64,000 nucleotides of DNA, from assembly GCA_964016885.1 (NCBI GenBank), contig OZ024740.1, positions 36,084,001-36,148,000 of the forward strand, given 5' to 3'. The position numbers were made by a program, and so were the translations under genes. The DNA comes from Eledone cirrhosa. Its lineage: Eukaryota. Below, one piece after another: positions 11,048 through 22,774 of this stretch. Positions within the stretch are counted from its first letter, which is position 1, and each line of letters starts with the position of its first letter. Below the pieces are notes generated by a model. It was not told where the DNA came from. It ran no database searches and worked only from the letters and a program-made list of their open reading frames with translations.

Positions 11048-12947
11048 CTACATTTTAAATTTATATTTATATTTAAACGTTGAGTTCAATCTATGTCTGC
11101 AGCAACTGAATAAATTGCTCCTTAAATTAAGGGAATTTTTAGATTTTAATATAAAGAATATCTCCTCCACACAGAGGTCACATGTCTCAGATGAGGAATT
11201 AAAAGGAATCCCTCTTGAGACAATATTCCAAAACATCGAATACCCAACGTTATCATGTTTAAGTTGCCAGAGTAAGCCTGATAGTGAAGTTGAAGATTTC
11301 TTGTTTGGATCTGTGAAAGAATTCTTATGATTATTGTAGCGAAGTTTAAATTCTGTCGAGGTGGAACCAACATAGTTAAAAGAATTTAAGTTAGTTTTAA
11401 CATTACAATTGTATATTATATTTTTAACTAAGCAATTGTTATTTAACGGACATTTAGATTTATTTCTACAGTTACAGTTGTTTAATTGAATATTGTTTTG
11501 GCTATTATCGGTATTTTGGCTAGGTTTTAGATTCCTATTATTTATTCTGTTAATATTTTGTGCTAAATTTTTGGTGGACGAGTAAGTTAATTTTATAGTG
11601 TGTCTATTAAAAATTGAGTGATATTTATGTGTTCTAGGGAAGCGTTTGTCAAGAGCATTAAAAAATAGTTTAGCAATGTGGGTTTTAATATTTAGTGAGA
11701 AAGTGGGGGGGGGGGGCAAACCATATTATATTTCTAGTTCTATTTCTTTTCTGGCTTTTGGAATTATTGTAATGTTTTCTATTATAGTTGTTAAAGTTGT
11801 TACCGTAATTAAAATTGTTATTATTTTGGTTAGTTTGCCTATTATTATCGATGTACTTAATTTTATCACTATATCCTGCTCTAGCTAACGCTTCATTGTA
11901 ATACTGCGCTTTTTCGTCGAAAATATTTTTATTAGATGAAATTCTTGAGATACGTTCTTGAACAGAGTTCACTATAGTATTTTTAACAGATCTGGGGTGA
12001 TTAGAGTTAAAATTGACATAATTCAAGTTTTAATTTAGTTTGTGAAATGGATAGTGAAGACATGTGTTGAGATTTAGTGTTACATCTAGGAAATTGACTA
12101 TTCTATGATTATTCTCTATTTCTATTTTTTAGATTAAGGTAATTAAAAAATTGTATAATTTTTTTTCTTTTTCTATTTAGTTCAGAGTTATTATTTTCAA
12201 TAAGTAAAAGCATGTCATCACGATATAATCCTCCGGTTACACCAGGTATTTTTCTATGCAGCGAATTAATTATAAATAGGCCCACAAGGTGATCCCATAG
12301 TAATGTCGAAATTATTATCTCTATCTGCCCTAGTCCATAGTTGGTTATTAAATTCTATCAATGTTTTCCTTGCCGATAATATAATGTGCATTTCATTGCT
12401 AGTTAGGTCTGTATGTTTGAATGCGTAATTTAGTGTCTTATTCAGTAGATTAGGGGTAATAGATGAATAGTAGTTAGCAATATCTAGTTGAATAAATTTA
12501 TTATTATTGTTATATTTAATTTCTTTAAACCACTCAATAACCTCACCAGTCTCCTTCCATAAGTTTAAGTTAGGTAAATTATGTAAGTTTTTAATTTGCT
12601 GTATCACCCTGTCTAGAATGTTTTTGCTAAGTTTACCCAGGTCAGATTTTGATGGTGCAATCAATCTGTCTGGCAAATCATTTTCAAAATTTCTTTTGTG
12701 ATCTTTCATATTGATCTTGGGTTTCCTAGGCAAGAAGGGTTGTGTTTTGTTCTCAATGTCCAACTCATGCATTATACAAGATGCCTCAACATTCATTTTT
12801 TCCAGTTCGTCCTTTATCAAAGTGGAAGGCACGCCACCTGATTCTTCTTATAAAAGAGTCTGATTTTTCTATTAATTGTTTAATAAAGTCTTTGTTCTTA
12901 GGTAGAGGTATGTCTTTTAGAGAAGAAGATATCTTAAAGAATTCCAT
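11048..12947 (-). pseudogene. Disrupted PLE RT-GIY-YIG ORF (family B)
   Basis: Starts MEFFKISSSLKDIPLP..LIEKSDSFIRRIRWRAF at 12947; KDHK, DIANYYSSI, FDITMGS, GLYRDD (12214-12225), SNHP, IIWFAPP, CNCR..CPL..C, YVGST, CDLC, CCRH; several deletions and frameshifts. Confidence 0.88.
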
Positions 12948-13530
12948 TTTTTTCAGTTATAATATAAAGCGCTCAACAGTATTGGAGCAAAAATATATGC
13001 AAAAGTTTTATTTAAAATTGTTGGGTTACAACAAGTAAATATTTTATAACTGATATAAAGCACTCAACAAGTTTTGGAGTAGATATACGATATTAAACAA
13101 AAGGAAACTATATTTATAAAACCATATTTATTTCATTATACATATTTCGGGGATACCATATTAAAAATATGGCATGCCTTCTTCAGATAAAATACAATAT
13201 ATAAACAGTTTTATAAATAATGTTGACGTACCATAAATATTGATCAACTTTTATGTAAGAAGTTGGTTTGGTAGTGAAATGTTTATAAATATTTAGTGTT
13301 AAGCACAGTTAAAAAGAAAGACGGAGAAAAAGAAGAGATGTATGTAAAGAAAAACAGAGAGAAATAGAGAGAGATAGGGGAGAGAGAAATAGTGAGGAGG
13401 TGAAAAAAGAGAGGCAGCTGAGGCAACAGATGAATAATAATAATTCATCATAAAACCAACTTCTTACATAAAAGTTGATCAATATTTATGGTACGTCAAA
13501 ATTATTTATAAAACTGTTTATATATTGTAT

Positions 13531-13586
13531 TTTATCTGAAGAAGGCATGCCATATTTTTAATATGGTATCCCCGAAATATGTATAA
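13531..13586 (+). ncRNA. Hammerhead-like motif of the family B pLTR (also on the minus strand near 9346-9402 and 13135-13191)
   Basis: CTGAAGA, long stem II ATGCCATATT/AATATGGTAT, GAAA; cleavage-site register is not fully canonical. Confidence 0.5.
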
Positions 13587-13633
13587 TGAAATAAATATGG
13601 TTTTATAAATATAGTTTCCATTTGTTTACTATG

Positions 13634-13726
<93 letters not shown>

Positions 13727-13731
13727 ATATG

Positions 13732-13764
<33 letters not shown>

Positions 13765-13819
13765 TTGTGTGTGTATATGTATGTATATGTGGATAGACCA
13801 GGTTTTTTTTTGTTTTTTT

Positions 13820-13878
13820 TTCATTCTGAAGATTGAAGGAAAACATTTTTTGCTTTTAAGAAACCACTGGTGAATGGA
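13820..13878 (+). ncRNA. Type I hammerhead motif, decayed copy (GUG at the cleavage site)
   Basis: TTCATT-CTGAAGA-stem II-GAAACCACTGGT-G-AATGGA; paralog of 16530-16587. Confidence 0.6.
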
Positions 13879-14005
13879 ATAATTGCCTTATGTTGCTTTA
13901 TTACTTTACTACTATATATATGTATATGTAAGGTTCATATGAATTATCTAAGACTGAGTTTTACACACACACACATGTATGTGTGTGTGTATGTGTATGT
14001 ATATG

Positions 14006-14038
<33 letters not shown>

Positions 14039-14204
14039 GTGTATATATATATATGTGTATATATATATGTGTGTGTGTGTGTGTGTTTGTATTTGGTTGT
14101 GCGTGTTTATGATATGTACGTATTTGTATGTGTATAATTGTACAGCTATGTATGTATATGTGTGTGTATGTATACTTATATGTGTGTGTGTGTATGTTTA
14201 TATT

Positions 14205-14245
<41 letters not shown>

Positions 14246-14660
14246 ATATAATTACATATACATATGTGTGTGTATATATTGTATACGTGTGCGTCTTTGT
14301 GCATGTATGTGTATGTATGTGTTTATGTATTTGTATATGTATATTTATGTGGGAGAGTGTGTGTATGTATTTACTATTTCGTACGTATGTATACGTGCAT
14401 TTGTGTGTATTACTTACCACGCGTGTCTGTCCAGTTAGCTGCCTTCTGTATCGGTGTCAAACATTTTTAAAATATATATATATATTTTTTTCTTATATTT
14501 ATTTGCGTGTGTGAATATGTAGAGGAGTGCATTTATGTATGTGTATGTATGTACGTGTGTATATATGTATGATTGTGTGAATGTATGTATGTATATGTGT
14601 GTGTGTATGGCTATGTTTGTGTATGTGTATGCTTGTACACACATGTATATATATATATAT

Positions 14661-15719
14661 ACTATATTATAATTTGAGATTAAACTCTCAGTCGTTTACA
14701 ATAAATCAGCTCCAAGAAAGGGGCATTTCCGAGCAGTTAAATACATTAATATATATGATAAACACAAAACGTGTTTGCATTGTAACAGACAAAGTTAGCT
14801 ATTAATTAAATAAACTAATTAAAGTGAATACAATTTGTCTGTCTCGATATAAGTCAATAAAGACAAGCTTATATTGGCAAAGGCCGTGATTCCTGGACAA
14901 ATCTAAATTTCAAAATCCAAACCCGCTCCGTAGATGAATTTGAACTCCGAAACCTAAATATGTTTCGCAACGATGGTACAAGAATTGAAAAATAAAGAGA
15001 ATCGAAATGGAATTGAAATAAAAAGAGAAATATTCAAATCTTCTGTGCTTATCAACAGGAACCCAGTAAAATTAGTACATTTCACCATCAAAAATTTTGC
15101 AGGTCTGACTACACGTGTGTCTAGCCAGGCCAAACTAGCCGTCCCGCATTCCCGGTGCTAGATATAACAGCCGTTTATGCGGGATTAAAGATCAGCTCTA
15201 CAGTTAAGGAGCAATATACTATATTATAATTTGAGATTAAACTCTCAGTCGTTTACAATAAATCAGCTCCAAGAAAGGGGCATTTCCGAGCAGTTAAATA
15301 CATTAATATATATGATAAACACAAAACGTGTTTGCATTGTAACAGACAAAGTTAGCTATTAATTAAATAAACTAATTAAAGTGAATACAATTTGTCTGTC
15401 TCGATATAAGTCAATAAAGACAAGCTTATATTGGCAAAGGCCGTGATTCCTGGACAAATCTAAATTTCAAAATCCAAACCCGCTCCGTAGATGAATTTGA
15501 ACTCCGAAACCTAAATATGTTTCGCAACGATGGTACAAGAATTGAAAAATAGGTTTCGGAGTTCAAATTCATCTACGGAGCGGGTTTGGATTTTGAAATT
15601 TAGATTTGTCCAGGAATCACGGCCTTTGCCAATATAAGCTTGTCTTTATTGACTTATATCGAGACAGACAAATTGTATTCACTTTAATTAGTTTATTTCA
15701 TTAATAGCTAACTTTGTCT
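14661..15719. mobile_element. Non-coding 557-bp unit with a partial tandem copy and an inverted copy, inside (TA)n
   Basis: Unit 14661-15217; exact partial repeat 15218-15551; 15551-15719 is the reverse complement of about 14786-14956; the unit ends AGCTCTACAGTTAAGGAGC. Confidence 0.7.
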
Positions 15720-15884
15720 ATATATATATATATATATGTATATGTGTATATATATATATGTGTGTGTGTATATATATATATATGTGTATATATATGTGTG
15801 TGTGTGTGTGTGTATGTATAAGTGTACGTATGTGTGTATGTGTATGTATGTGTATGTGTATATATATGTATGTATATATGTGTG

Positions 15885-15915
<31 letters not shown>

Positions 15916-15916
15916 C

Positions 15917-16316
15917 CGGGAGAGATGACCCCTTAGCCTTTGTCAAGGCAGAATTCTAGGAGAAGGAAAACTCTGATATAACACCTGCAACCCTGATGGT
16001 ATCCAATGATGTTGACTTGTTCTTCTTTTTGGTAAATATCATCTTGGTTAAGAGAGTGGGACTGGCTTTATGCAGTGCCTTTGCTCACTATAAAAGCTTC
16101 ACGGCACAGGCATTGCTTTATGTCTGGAGATCTCTCTGCACTTGTCGTCACATGGGCCCAGCACTATGTGTCAATAATTGTCACAAGTGTAGTGTTAGTA
16201 CCAGAGTTTTCAAGTCGCTGGCTGGACTAAAAAGTCACACTCGTTCAGCGCATCGGTAGGAGTTCTCCTACATGGATATAAAGTAGTGGCCGTACTCGAA
16301 AACGAGTTGGCAGCCA

Positions 16317-16318
<2 letters not shown>
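15917..16318 (+). mobile_element. Short bipartite RTE-derived non-autonomous element
   Basis: RTE 5'UTR-like CTAGGAGAAGGAAAACTCTGA joined to a zinc-finger-like C-terminus (HKCSVSTRVFKSLAGLKSHTRSAH*) and a short 3'UTR; flanked by (TA)n. Confidence 0.5.
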
Positions 16319-16384
<66 letters not shown>

Positions 16385-16529
16385 ATGTATGCTTTTGTGT
16401 TTTTGTGTGTGTGTTTGCATGTGTAGTTTTATTTTATTTTTCCTTTCCTTCTTCCTTCTCCAGCCTCACTTTCATATAGATTGGATTTTTGTTTTTAAAA
16501 TCCAAATTCAATAAACAGAGCAGGATTTT

Positions 16530-16587
16530 TTCATTCTGAGGATTGAAAGCAAAATCTTTTGCTTTTAAGAAACCACTGGTAAATGGA
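16530..16587 (+). ncRNA. Type I hammerhead ribozyme with an intact canonical core
   Basis: Stem I TTCATT/AATGGA; CTGAGGA; stem II TTGAAAGCAAAA/TTTTGCTTTTAA; GAAA; stem III ACC/GGT; GUA triplet. Confidence 0.8.
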
Positions 16588-16789
16588 ATAATTGCCTTAT
16601 GTTGTTTATTACATAATAATATATATATATATATATATATAAACGGAAACAATGAAACAAAATTTCATTTCCAAACTTAGTACGGCTGTTACTTAAATAT
16701 GAGTATGTACACGTACATACATATATGTATACAGACGTACAGTAGTATGTATATATATATACATACATGCACACACATATATATATGTA

Positions 16790-17001
16790 TGTATGGATTC
16801 ACCGAACATTTATTATAATGCTCGAATCTGGCAGGAAGGTATACGCTGGTGACGATAGCTAATAAGCTTGAAACTAGTACAGCGTTCCTTTGTCAGCGTT
16901 GAACAAACGAGCAACGATGGTTGCTGGACACTACGGCTTAATACGGGATGTTTGTTTACAAACACACCGAGCATTATAATAAATGTCCGGTGAATCCATA
17001 C
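16790..17001 (+). mobile_element. Mini fold-back element (about 35-bp terminal inverted repeats) containing a hammerhead motif at 16843-16885
   Basis: Inverted repeats 16790-16824 / 16967-17001; ACGCTG-GTGACGA-TAGCTAATAAGCTT-GAAACTAGT-A-CAGCGT. Confidence 0.7.
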
Positions 17002-17113
17002 GTACATATATATATGTGTGCATGTATGTATATATATATGCATACTACTGTACGTCTGTATACATATATGTATGTACGTGTACATACTAATATATATATA
17101 TATATATATATAC

Positions 17114-17169
<56 letters not shown>

Positions 17170-17261
17170 TATATATATATATATGTGTGTGTGTGTGTAT
17201 ATATATATTATATATATATATATATGTGTGTGTGTGTATATATATATTATATATATATATA

Positions 17262-17292
<31 letters not shown>

Positions 17293-17330
17293 TATATATA
17301 TATATATGTGTGTGTGTGTGTATATATATA

Positions 17331-17579
17331 TAGTGGTAGAACACTGGAAGGTAATATCCGTAGTGGTAGAGCACTCAGTCCATGGGACGAGTTAGGTAGA
17401 AGTGGTTACACAACAGTTAGTTCACCATACCGAGAACAATTGTTTCACCTTAGCGGATTCTCAGCTCGTAATGGACATGGTTATATCATATACCGTATAA
17501 CCTTGTCCATTACGAGCTGAGGATCCGCTAAGGTGAAACAATTGTTCTCGGTATGGTGAACTAACTGTTGTGTAACCAC

Positions 17580-17584
<5 letters not shown>
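17331..17584 (+). mobile_element. PLE terminus forming a 188-bp palindrome with a hammerhead in each arm
   Basis: Palindrome 17397-17584; plus-strand CGAG-CTGAGGA-TCCGCTAAGGT-GAAACAATTGT-T-CTCG at 17513-17550; minus arm has CTGAGAA. Confidence 0.8.
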
Positions 17585-17645
<61 letters not shown>

Positions 17646-17759
17646 TACTGCTTCAAAACAACGGTCATTTTAAGGGCCACCCATACTCTCATGATAGTGA
17701 CTTCCGATGTTTTTATAGATTTGCAATTTTGACCCGGCTCTCTAGTGTCTGATTTAGAC

Positions 17760-17955
17760 AACAAACACCTACAGGTGCGTGTGTTTATTATCAGCATGAC
17801 CCTCCCAAACTATATTGTAATATGCAAAATTAAATACTGCGATGACCTATTCTCATAGATTGTTTTTGGCTTTGTTACCACAATATTTATTTTTGGGAAG
17901 CCAGATTCCTGATGATTTCTAAAGAATGAACCAATTCGAGTCCTGTAGAATTAAA
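17760..17955 (+). mobile_element. PLE pseudo-LTR remnants
   Basis: GGTGCGTGTGTTT..ATGACCCTCCC motif shared with PLE families A and C; decayed hammerhead at 17904-17952. Confidence 0.5.
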
Positions 17956-18257
17956 TCCGAAATCAACAAAATCCGCTTGTAGTATATACAAGTTAAGTTT
18001 CTGGAAGATCGAACAGTGGATTTACTTTCTCAACAGGTTTTCGTTCTGACACAAATCCGGTTGTGATGGCACATGTTACTCCAAAGGGAGCTAAACCCAG
18101 TTTGTGGCGGTCAAAATCAAATTATGAGCAATGGAAAAAGTTCCATACACAAACTCAATTAAGCACGCAACCAGATCGTTATTAAACAAACATAAATAAT
18201 TAACCAATCAATGGAATTGTCAAATTAAATTAATCAATTAATCATTAGGTCTAGGAG

Positions 18258-18335
<78 letters not shown>

Positions 18336-18339
18336 TGTA

Positions 18340-18490
18340 TGTCGAGGGGGAATAAAGTTCCCGAGATCCATGTACGAGTTCTCTCTGTACGAGGTCTCTG
18401 TCCCTCATTATCGCTGCCATGTCCTGCGTTTTCAACAGACCAGTGTCTGTCCTTAGAGCATCAATAATCTCGGTCTTCCTCTTCCAGTGT
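18340..18490 (-). mobile_element. Possible RTE LINE 3' end fragment
   Basis: Minus-strand IDALRTDTGL..MAAIMRDR resembles RTE C-termini. Confidence 0.35.
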
Positions 18491-18582
18491 GTCCATGTAT
18501 GTATGTATTCTATAATTAGATTAAATCTATACATCTATACATATCAAATATATATTGATTATGTTACTCAACAAAGAAAGTT

Positions 18583-18862
18583 CATAGATTTCACGATACT
18601 TGAGAGATTTATTGAATAGATTTTAAACATAAATTTCATGGGAGTTGTAAGAATCCCTGGTAATGCATAGATTTCATGGTTCTTGGAGGAATCACTAGAT
18701 ATACATAGATTTCACGGTACTTTAAAGAATCCCTGGGTACACATGGATTTCAGGAGTTGAGAGAATCACTGAATATATATAGATTTCTCGGTACATAAGG
18801 GACACATTAGGTATTCATAGATTTTACGGGAGATGAGAGAATCACTAAATATACATTGATTA
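18583..18862. repeat. Diverged ~38-bp tandem repeat, about 7-8 copies
   Basis: Recurrent CATAGATTTCA...GAGAATCACT. Confidence 0.75.
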
Positions 18863-18942
18863 TGAGTTAATCATTAAACACAATATTGTACACACTTAGG
18901 CGTGAAAAAATGCAATTACGTAATTATTTCTGATTAGTTTAT

Positions 18943-19131
18943 AATATTTGTTTCTACTTTTGCACAAGGCCAGCAATAACCCAGTGCATTACTGGTACTT
19001 TATTTTATCGACCCCGTAAGGATGAAAGGCAAAGTGAACCTCGGCGGGATTTGAACTCAGACCATAAAGGGACGTAACTATGCTGGAAAGCATGGCATCC
19101 GACTCTCTACCGATACTGTCAATCCGACCCC
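18943..19131 (-). mobile_element. Meta/MESC-type tRNA SINE
   Basis: Reverse complement of the 3147-3324 family. Confidence 0.85.
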
Positions 19132-19132
19132 G

Positions 19133-19322
19133 TATAATAATGAAAACTATTGTATACAGTGCTCAGGTGCACTACTACTCATCAAAGGTGCATGTATAGT
19201 ACTTAGAATAATGTACAAAATGTCAGGAAAGTGAACAATATGTGAGTATATAACAGTGTATGATATACACACAGATACATTCGTGCATGTGTGTCAGGGG
19301 GAATATCAGGTGTAGTGTTGAT
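19133..19322 (-). mobile_element. CR1-like LINE 3'UTR fragment
   Basis: Reverse complement of 31640-31822, including the (ATT)n tail. Confidence 0.7.
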
Positions 19323-19764
19323 AATCATTACATTAAATATATCAACACTAAATTAACTGTTGCTTTTTGGGCGTCTCTGGGTGATATTTGTATGTGTGTG
19401 TGTGTATGTGAGTCTGTGTCTGTTTGTGTGTGTGTGTGTGTCTGTTAGTCTGCGTCTGTATGTGTCTGTTTGTGTGTGTATGTGTCTATGAGTCTGTGTC
19501 TGTATGTGTCTGTTTGTGTGTGTGTGTCTGTGAGTCTGTGTCTGTATGTGTCTGTTTTTGTGTGTGTCTGTGAGTCTGTGTCTGTATATGTCTGTTTGAG
19601 TGTGTGTGTGTTTGTGAGTCTGTGTCTGTATGTGTCTGTTTGTGTGTGTGTTGTTTTATTTTATGGGTATTTTTACAGTATACTAATGTACAGTATTGAC
19701 ATGAGTATTTCATGGAAGGTTATGCTTTCGAGGAGACCAGAGTTATTCCCCGTGATAATTAAAA

Positions 19765-19990
19765 TAATTGTTTCTGATTTAGGCATAGTCAGCAAATTTG
19801 GGGAGGGGAAGGTCGATTAAATCGACTCCAGTGTGTGACTGGTACTTTATTTTGTCGACCCCGTAAGGATGAAAGGTAAAGCTAAAGTCGGCGAATTGAT
19901 TGTGAATCAAACTCCCTAACTGCTAAGTCCCTAGAAAGGACGAAAGGCAATGTTAACTTTGTCAAGATTTATCCCAGAGCGCCGGAACAA
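19765..19990 (-). mobile_element. Meta/MESC-type SINE fragments
   Basis: CTGGTACTTTATTTTGTCGACCCCGTAAGGATGAAAGG, plus a second decayed piece. Confidence 0.6.
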
Positions 19991-20014
19991 ATAGGGAGGT
20001 ATTTTTAATCCGAC

Positions 20015-20225
20015 ACCTTACTCCGACAGGTTTGCGGTTGTACCCTTGGCAGTGGTGTCCTCGGCCCTAGGGCTACCTCCCTACACACCACCATAGGCGC
20101 TGAGCAGGCCAGCCGCAGGTGTGAGCCGCGCGAGTTGGAATGGCTTTTCCAGCGCGTCTCCCTTGCCGTCTTCCGGGGAAACAACTTCTCCATTCTGTCC
20201 GCCGGGGCTGTGGGGAGGCCACCAA
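20015..20225 (+). mobile_element. CRE-like LINE extreme C-terminal fragment
   Basis: Translates GVLGPRATSL..IG...RRCEPRELEWLFQRVSLAVFRGNNFSIL. Confidence 0.7.
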
Positions 20226-20405
20226 TATGATTGACTGACTTGTCATTTTATCAGTCAGATACACGTATATATATATACTGATTAATTTAAAAAAAAATAA
20301 AGTTAGTTATTGTTTAGAAAAAAGAATTAAAATAAAAAAAAACAACTGTCAAAATTTAATACTGTATTTCTAATTATAATTTTCATTTTCACTGCAAATA
20401 AAAGA

Positions 20406-20832
20406 TACTCTTGGGTTCCAAATAATAGGAAGGTGGTGTAAGTGTGTGTGTGTGGGGGGGGGGGGGGGGGGAAATAAGCGCAGGATTTGGAATAAAAGGA
20501 GGGCAAGCGGGGAGGGTGGAAAATCAGTAATTTTTTTAGGTTGTCTCCGTTGATTTTTTTTTTAAACCAGAATTAGTGGTTTAGTTTACATATTGAGATC
20601 CCAGCCCGACATGTGGGATTTCTTGTAATGTTCTTTTTTGTCATGTATAATGGGGTTTTTTAATGTCTAAAGAAAATTAATTGTCGCAGGAATACTACCA
20701 CTCAAATGAAATTTCACTGGAGATAGATAAGCAAAATTTAAGAAGCGATGTGGTGGAATAAGCGCGGTGGTGGAAAAAAATCTGAGAAATTAAATAAGCG
20801 AGGGTGGGGCGATTATTCGAGACATGAGAATA
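20406..20832. mobile_element. Possible decayed non-autonomous TIR DNA transposon
   Basis: Imperfect terminal inverted repeats TACTCT..AATAAT / ATTATT..AGAATA and three internal AATAAGCG repeats. Confidence 0.35.
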
Positions 20833-21119
20833 CTTTTAAAACCATACAAGGTTTAATTTTAAAGGGTAATAACTCTTTAAAATGTGTGCAAAAGTTACTT
20901 TCCATGAATGTCTTATTGATCGTTTTACTGTTGACAATTATCTCAGTTTTACACTTCTAGTTTATAACTAAATAACTGTCCCTCCCTCTCTTTCTCTCTA
21001 TCCCTTTCCTTCGTTGTTTAATTCTCTTTTTTTTATATTCTCTTCTTTCTCTTTCTTTCTTTGTTTCATTTAGATAACTAAATAGTGTTAAGTCACAAAC
21101 TATCATCAAACAACAATGG

Positions 21120-21645
21120 AATGGCTGTTGTGCAATATCGAATCGCTCTAGATTGGGCAGCTTTCAACAAGAACAAGGAAGTACTAACATCAAAACAAGT
21201 TTCCTATCATTTGAAGACTAAGATCTTTGATATTTACATCCTACCAGTTGTGTTATATGGTCTTGACTGTGTTAATTGGACGACTTCAGAAGCTCTCTAC
21301 ATTCCAGAACCACATCATGAGACTTATGACTGGCAAGCGGCTCAGCGACCGTATCTGTATCAGTGAGCTGCTCAACATTACCAAACTTAGACTAATTACA
21401 TCAATTGTCAATTTAAGAGTACTCAAACTATACGGCCATATAAAATGATCAACTCGTGGTGTTAGTAAGTTATGCCTGGAAGGAAGGTTGGCTGGTAAGA
21501 GAAGCAGAGGCCGGCAGCCAAAACGATGGTTTGACAATGTCAACTTATGGACTGGACTTGATCTTTGCTCTTTGAACTCTGATACTGGTGATCGAACTTT
21601 GTGGAGAGAGATATCATATGTTAATGTGCAGTCTGCAACTGGCAG
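21120..21645 (+). mobile_element. RTE-clade LINE 3' coding fragment
   Basis: WAAF..K.KIF..YILPVVLYG..W; KLSTFQN..R; LYGHIK; LEGRL.GKRSRGRQPKRWFDNV..WTGL. Confidence 0.8.
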
Positions 21646-21714
21646 AGTTTAGCGTCACAAGAAGAACTTTAAGTTTATAACTAGATGGACAGCTCGCTGA
21701 TAGGTCTGTGGTTA

Positions 21715-21895
21715 AGACTGTGGCAGTGGAGACTTTCGACATTCTTGGCCGCAGGAGCACATCCCTGCTCACTGCTATCGGAGTGGTGTTGGCTGCACGC
21801 ACGTGCGAGCCCCAAGAAGGTGGAGTGGCTGTTCCAGTCCGTCTCCATCTCCATCATCATCCTCGTCCAGGTCACGTGGTGGGTGACATATTAGG
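21715..21895 (+). mobile_element. CRE-like LINE C-terminal fragment
   Basis: VAVETF.ILG.RS..LL.AIG..LAARTCEP..VEWLFQ.VSI.II; homologous to 20015-20225. Confidence 0.65.
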
Positions 21896-21924
21896 GTAGG
21901 TGGCAGTCTTAAGACGACTGGGTT

Positions 21925-22112
21925 AATAATTGTTTCTTCTTTAGGCACAAGGCCAGCAATTTGGGGGGAGGGGAAATTCGATTAAATTGACCCCAGTGCA
22001 TTACTAGTACTTTACTTTATTGACTCCGTAAGGATGAAAGGCAAAGCTAACCTCGGCGGGATTTGAACTCAAAACGTAATGGGACATAACTCTATGCTGC
22101 AAAGCATGGTGT
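21925..22112 (-). mobile_element. Meta/MESC-type tRNA SINE, 5' truncated
   Basis: Reverse-complement match to the family. Confidence 0.8.
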
Positions 22113-22384
22113 CTTGACACATATACACACAAAACCATACACATATACACACACACGCACATACACACACACATACACACACACATACACACACTCATAC
22201 GCACAAATATTAACTAGTTTTTAAAACGCCAGAGTTGTAAACTGTAAGAATTAGAAAAAGAAGTCTGTCTGTTCTGTTATATACAGTAGACCAAGGTTTC
22301 CCAAACCTTTTCAAACATGGAACCCTTATTAACTCAGAAACTGTTGGGAGGATACCAAAGTCTAATACTTTTATAAGAGTGACT

Positions 22385-22635
22385 TATGCATATCCAACAC
22401 TAGTTCTTAGTCTGTTTAGGCATCTCCACACTGCATAGTTTGTATCTACCCCACGGGGGCAGTGCCTCACTAGCCTTTAGTTCCATTGCTGTTACAGATG
22501 GGAGGTTGTTAAGTTTTTCTTCCCAGCGAGTGACTCTTTCACTATTTATGCTTGATGTTCCAAGGGGCGTGTCGCTCTTTAGGAAACTTTTCCTGGATTT
22601 AAGGCGGCTTTTGGCTGGCACATGGCCGAACTTAA
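22385..22635 (-). mobile_element. Ingi/Vingi-like LINE fragment
   Basis: H..PAKSRLKSRKSFL..W..LPP, then after a frameshift WRCLNRLRTSVG. Confidence 0.55.
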
Positions 22636-22774
22636 CATTATAACCACCACAAGCAACAGTAGAGATTCAAGGTGGTGAAAATACACTCTTGACAGTCGCA
22701 ATGTGTCTGAACACGGAAGAGCTGAACTCTCACTGTCATCGCCTCCATCTCTCTGTATAGTGAGCAAATGGGGT

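Larger units (their letters stand above)
9205..13628 (-). mobile_element. Structurally complete Penelope-like element (family B, YRDD type, resembling the Hydra clade)
   Basis: Direct pseudo-LTRs 9205-9662 and 12993-13451; inverted pLTR piece 13452-13628; both ends abut (TA)n; RT-GIY-YIG ORF lies between. Confidence 0.9.

Noticed and set aside
15115-15175. HDV-like fold on the minus strand of the 557-bp unit (7-bp P1 with G-U, CUAGC/GCUAG P2)
   Set aside because: The L3 and J4/2 catalytic nucleotides do not fit, and the topology is not kept in the 539-bp unit. Not called, though the region merits covariation testing.
22292-22330. hAT/Charlie-like terminus CAAGGTTTCCCAAACC (opposite-type end near 3000-3020)
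   Set aside because: Isolated single ends with no partner TIR or TSD.
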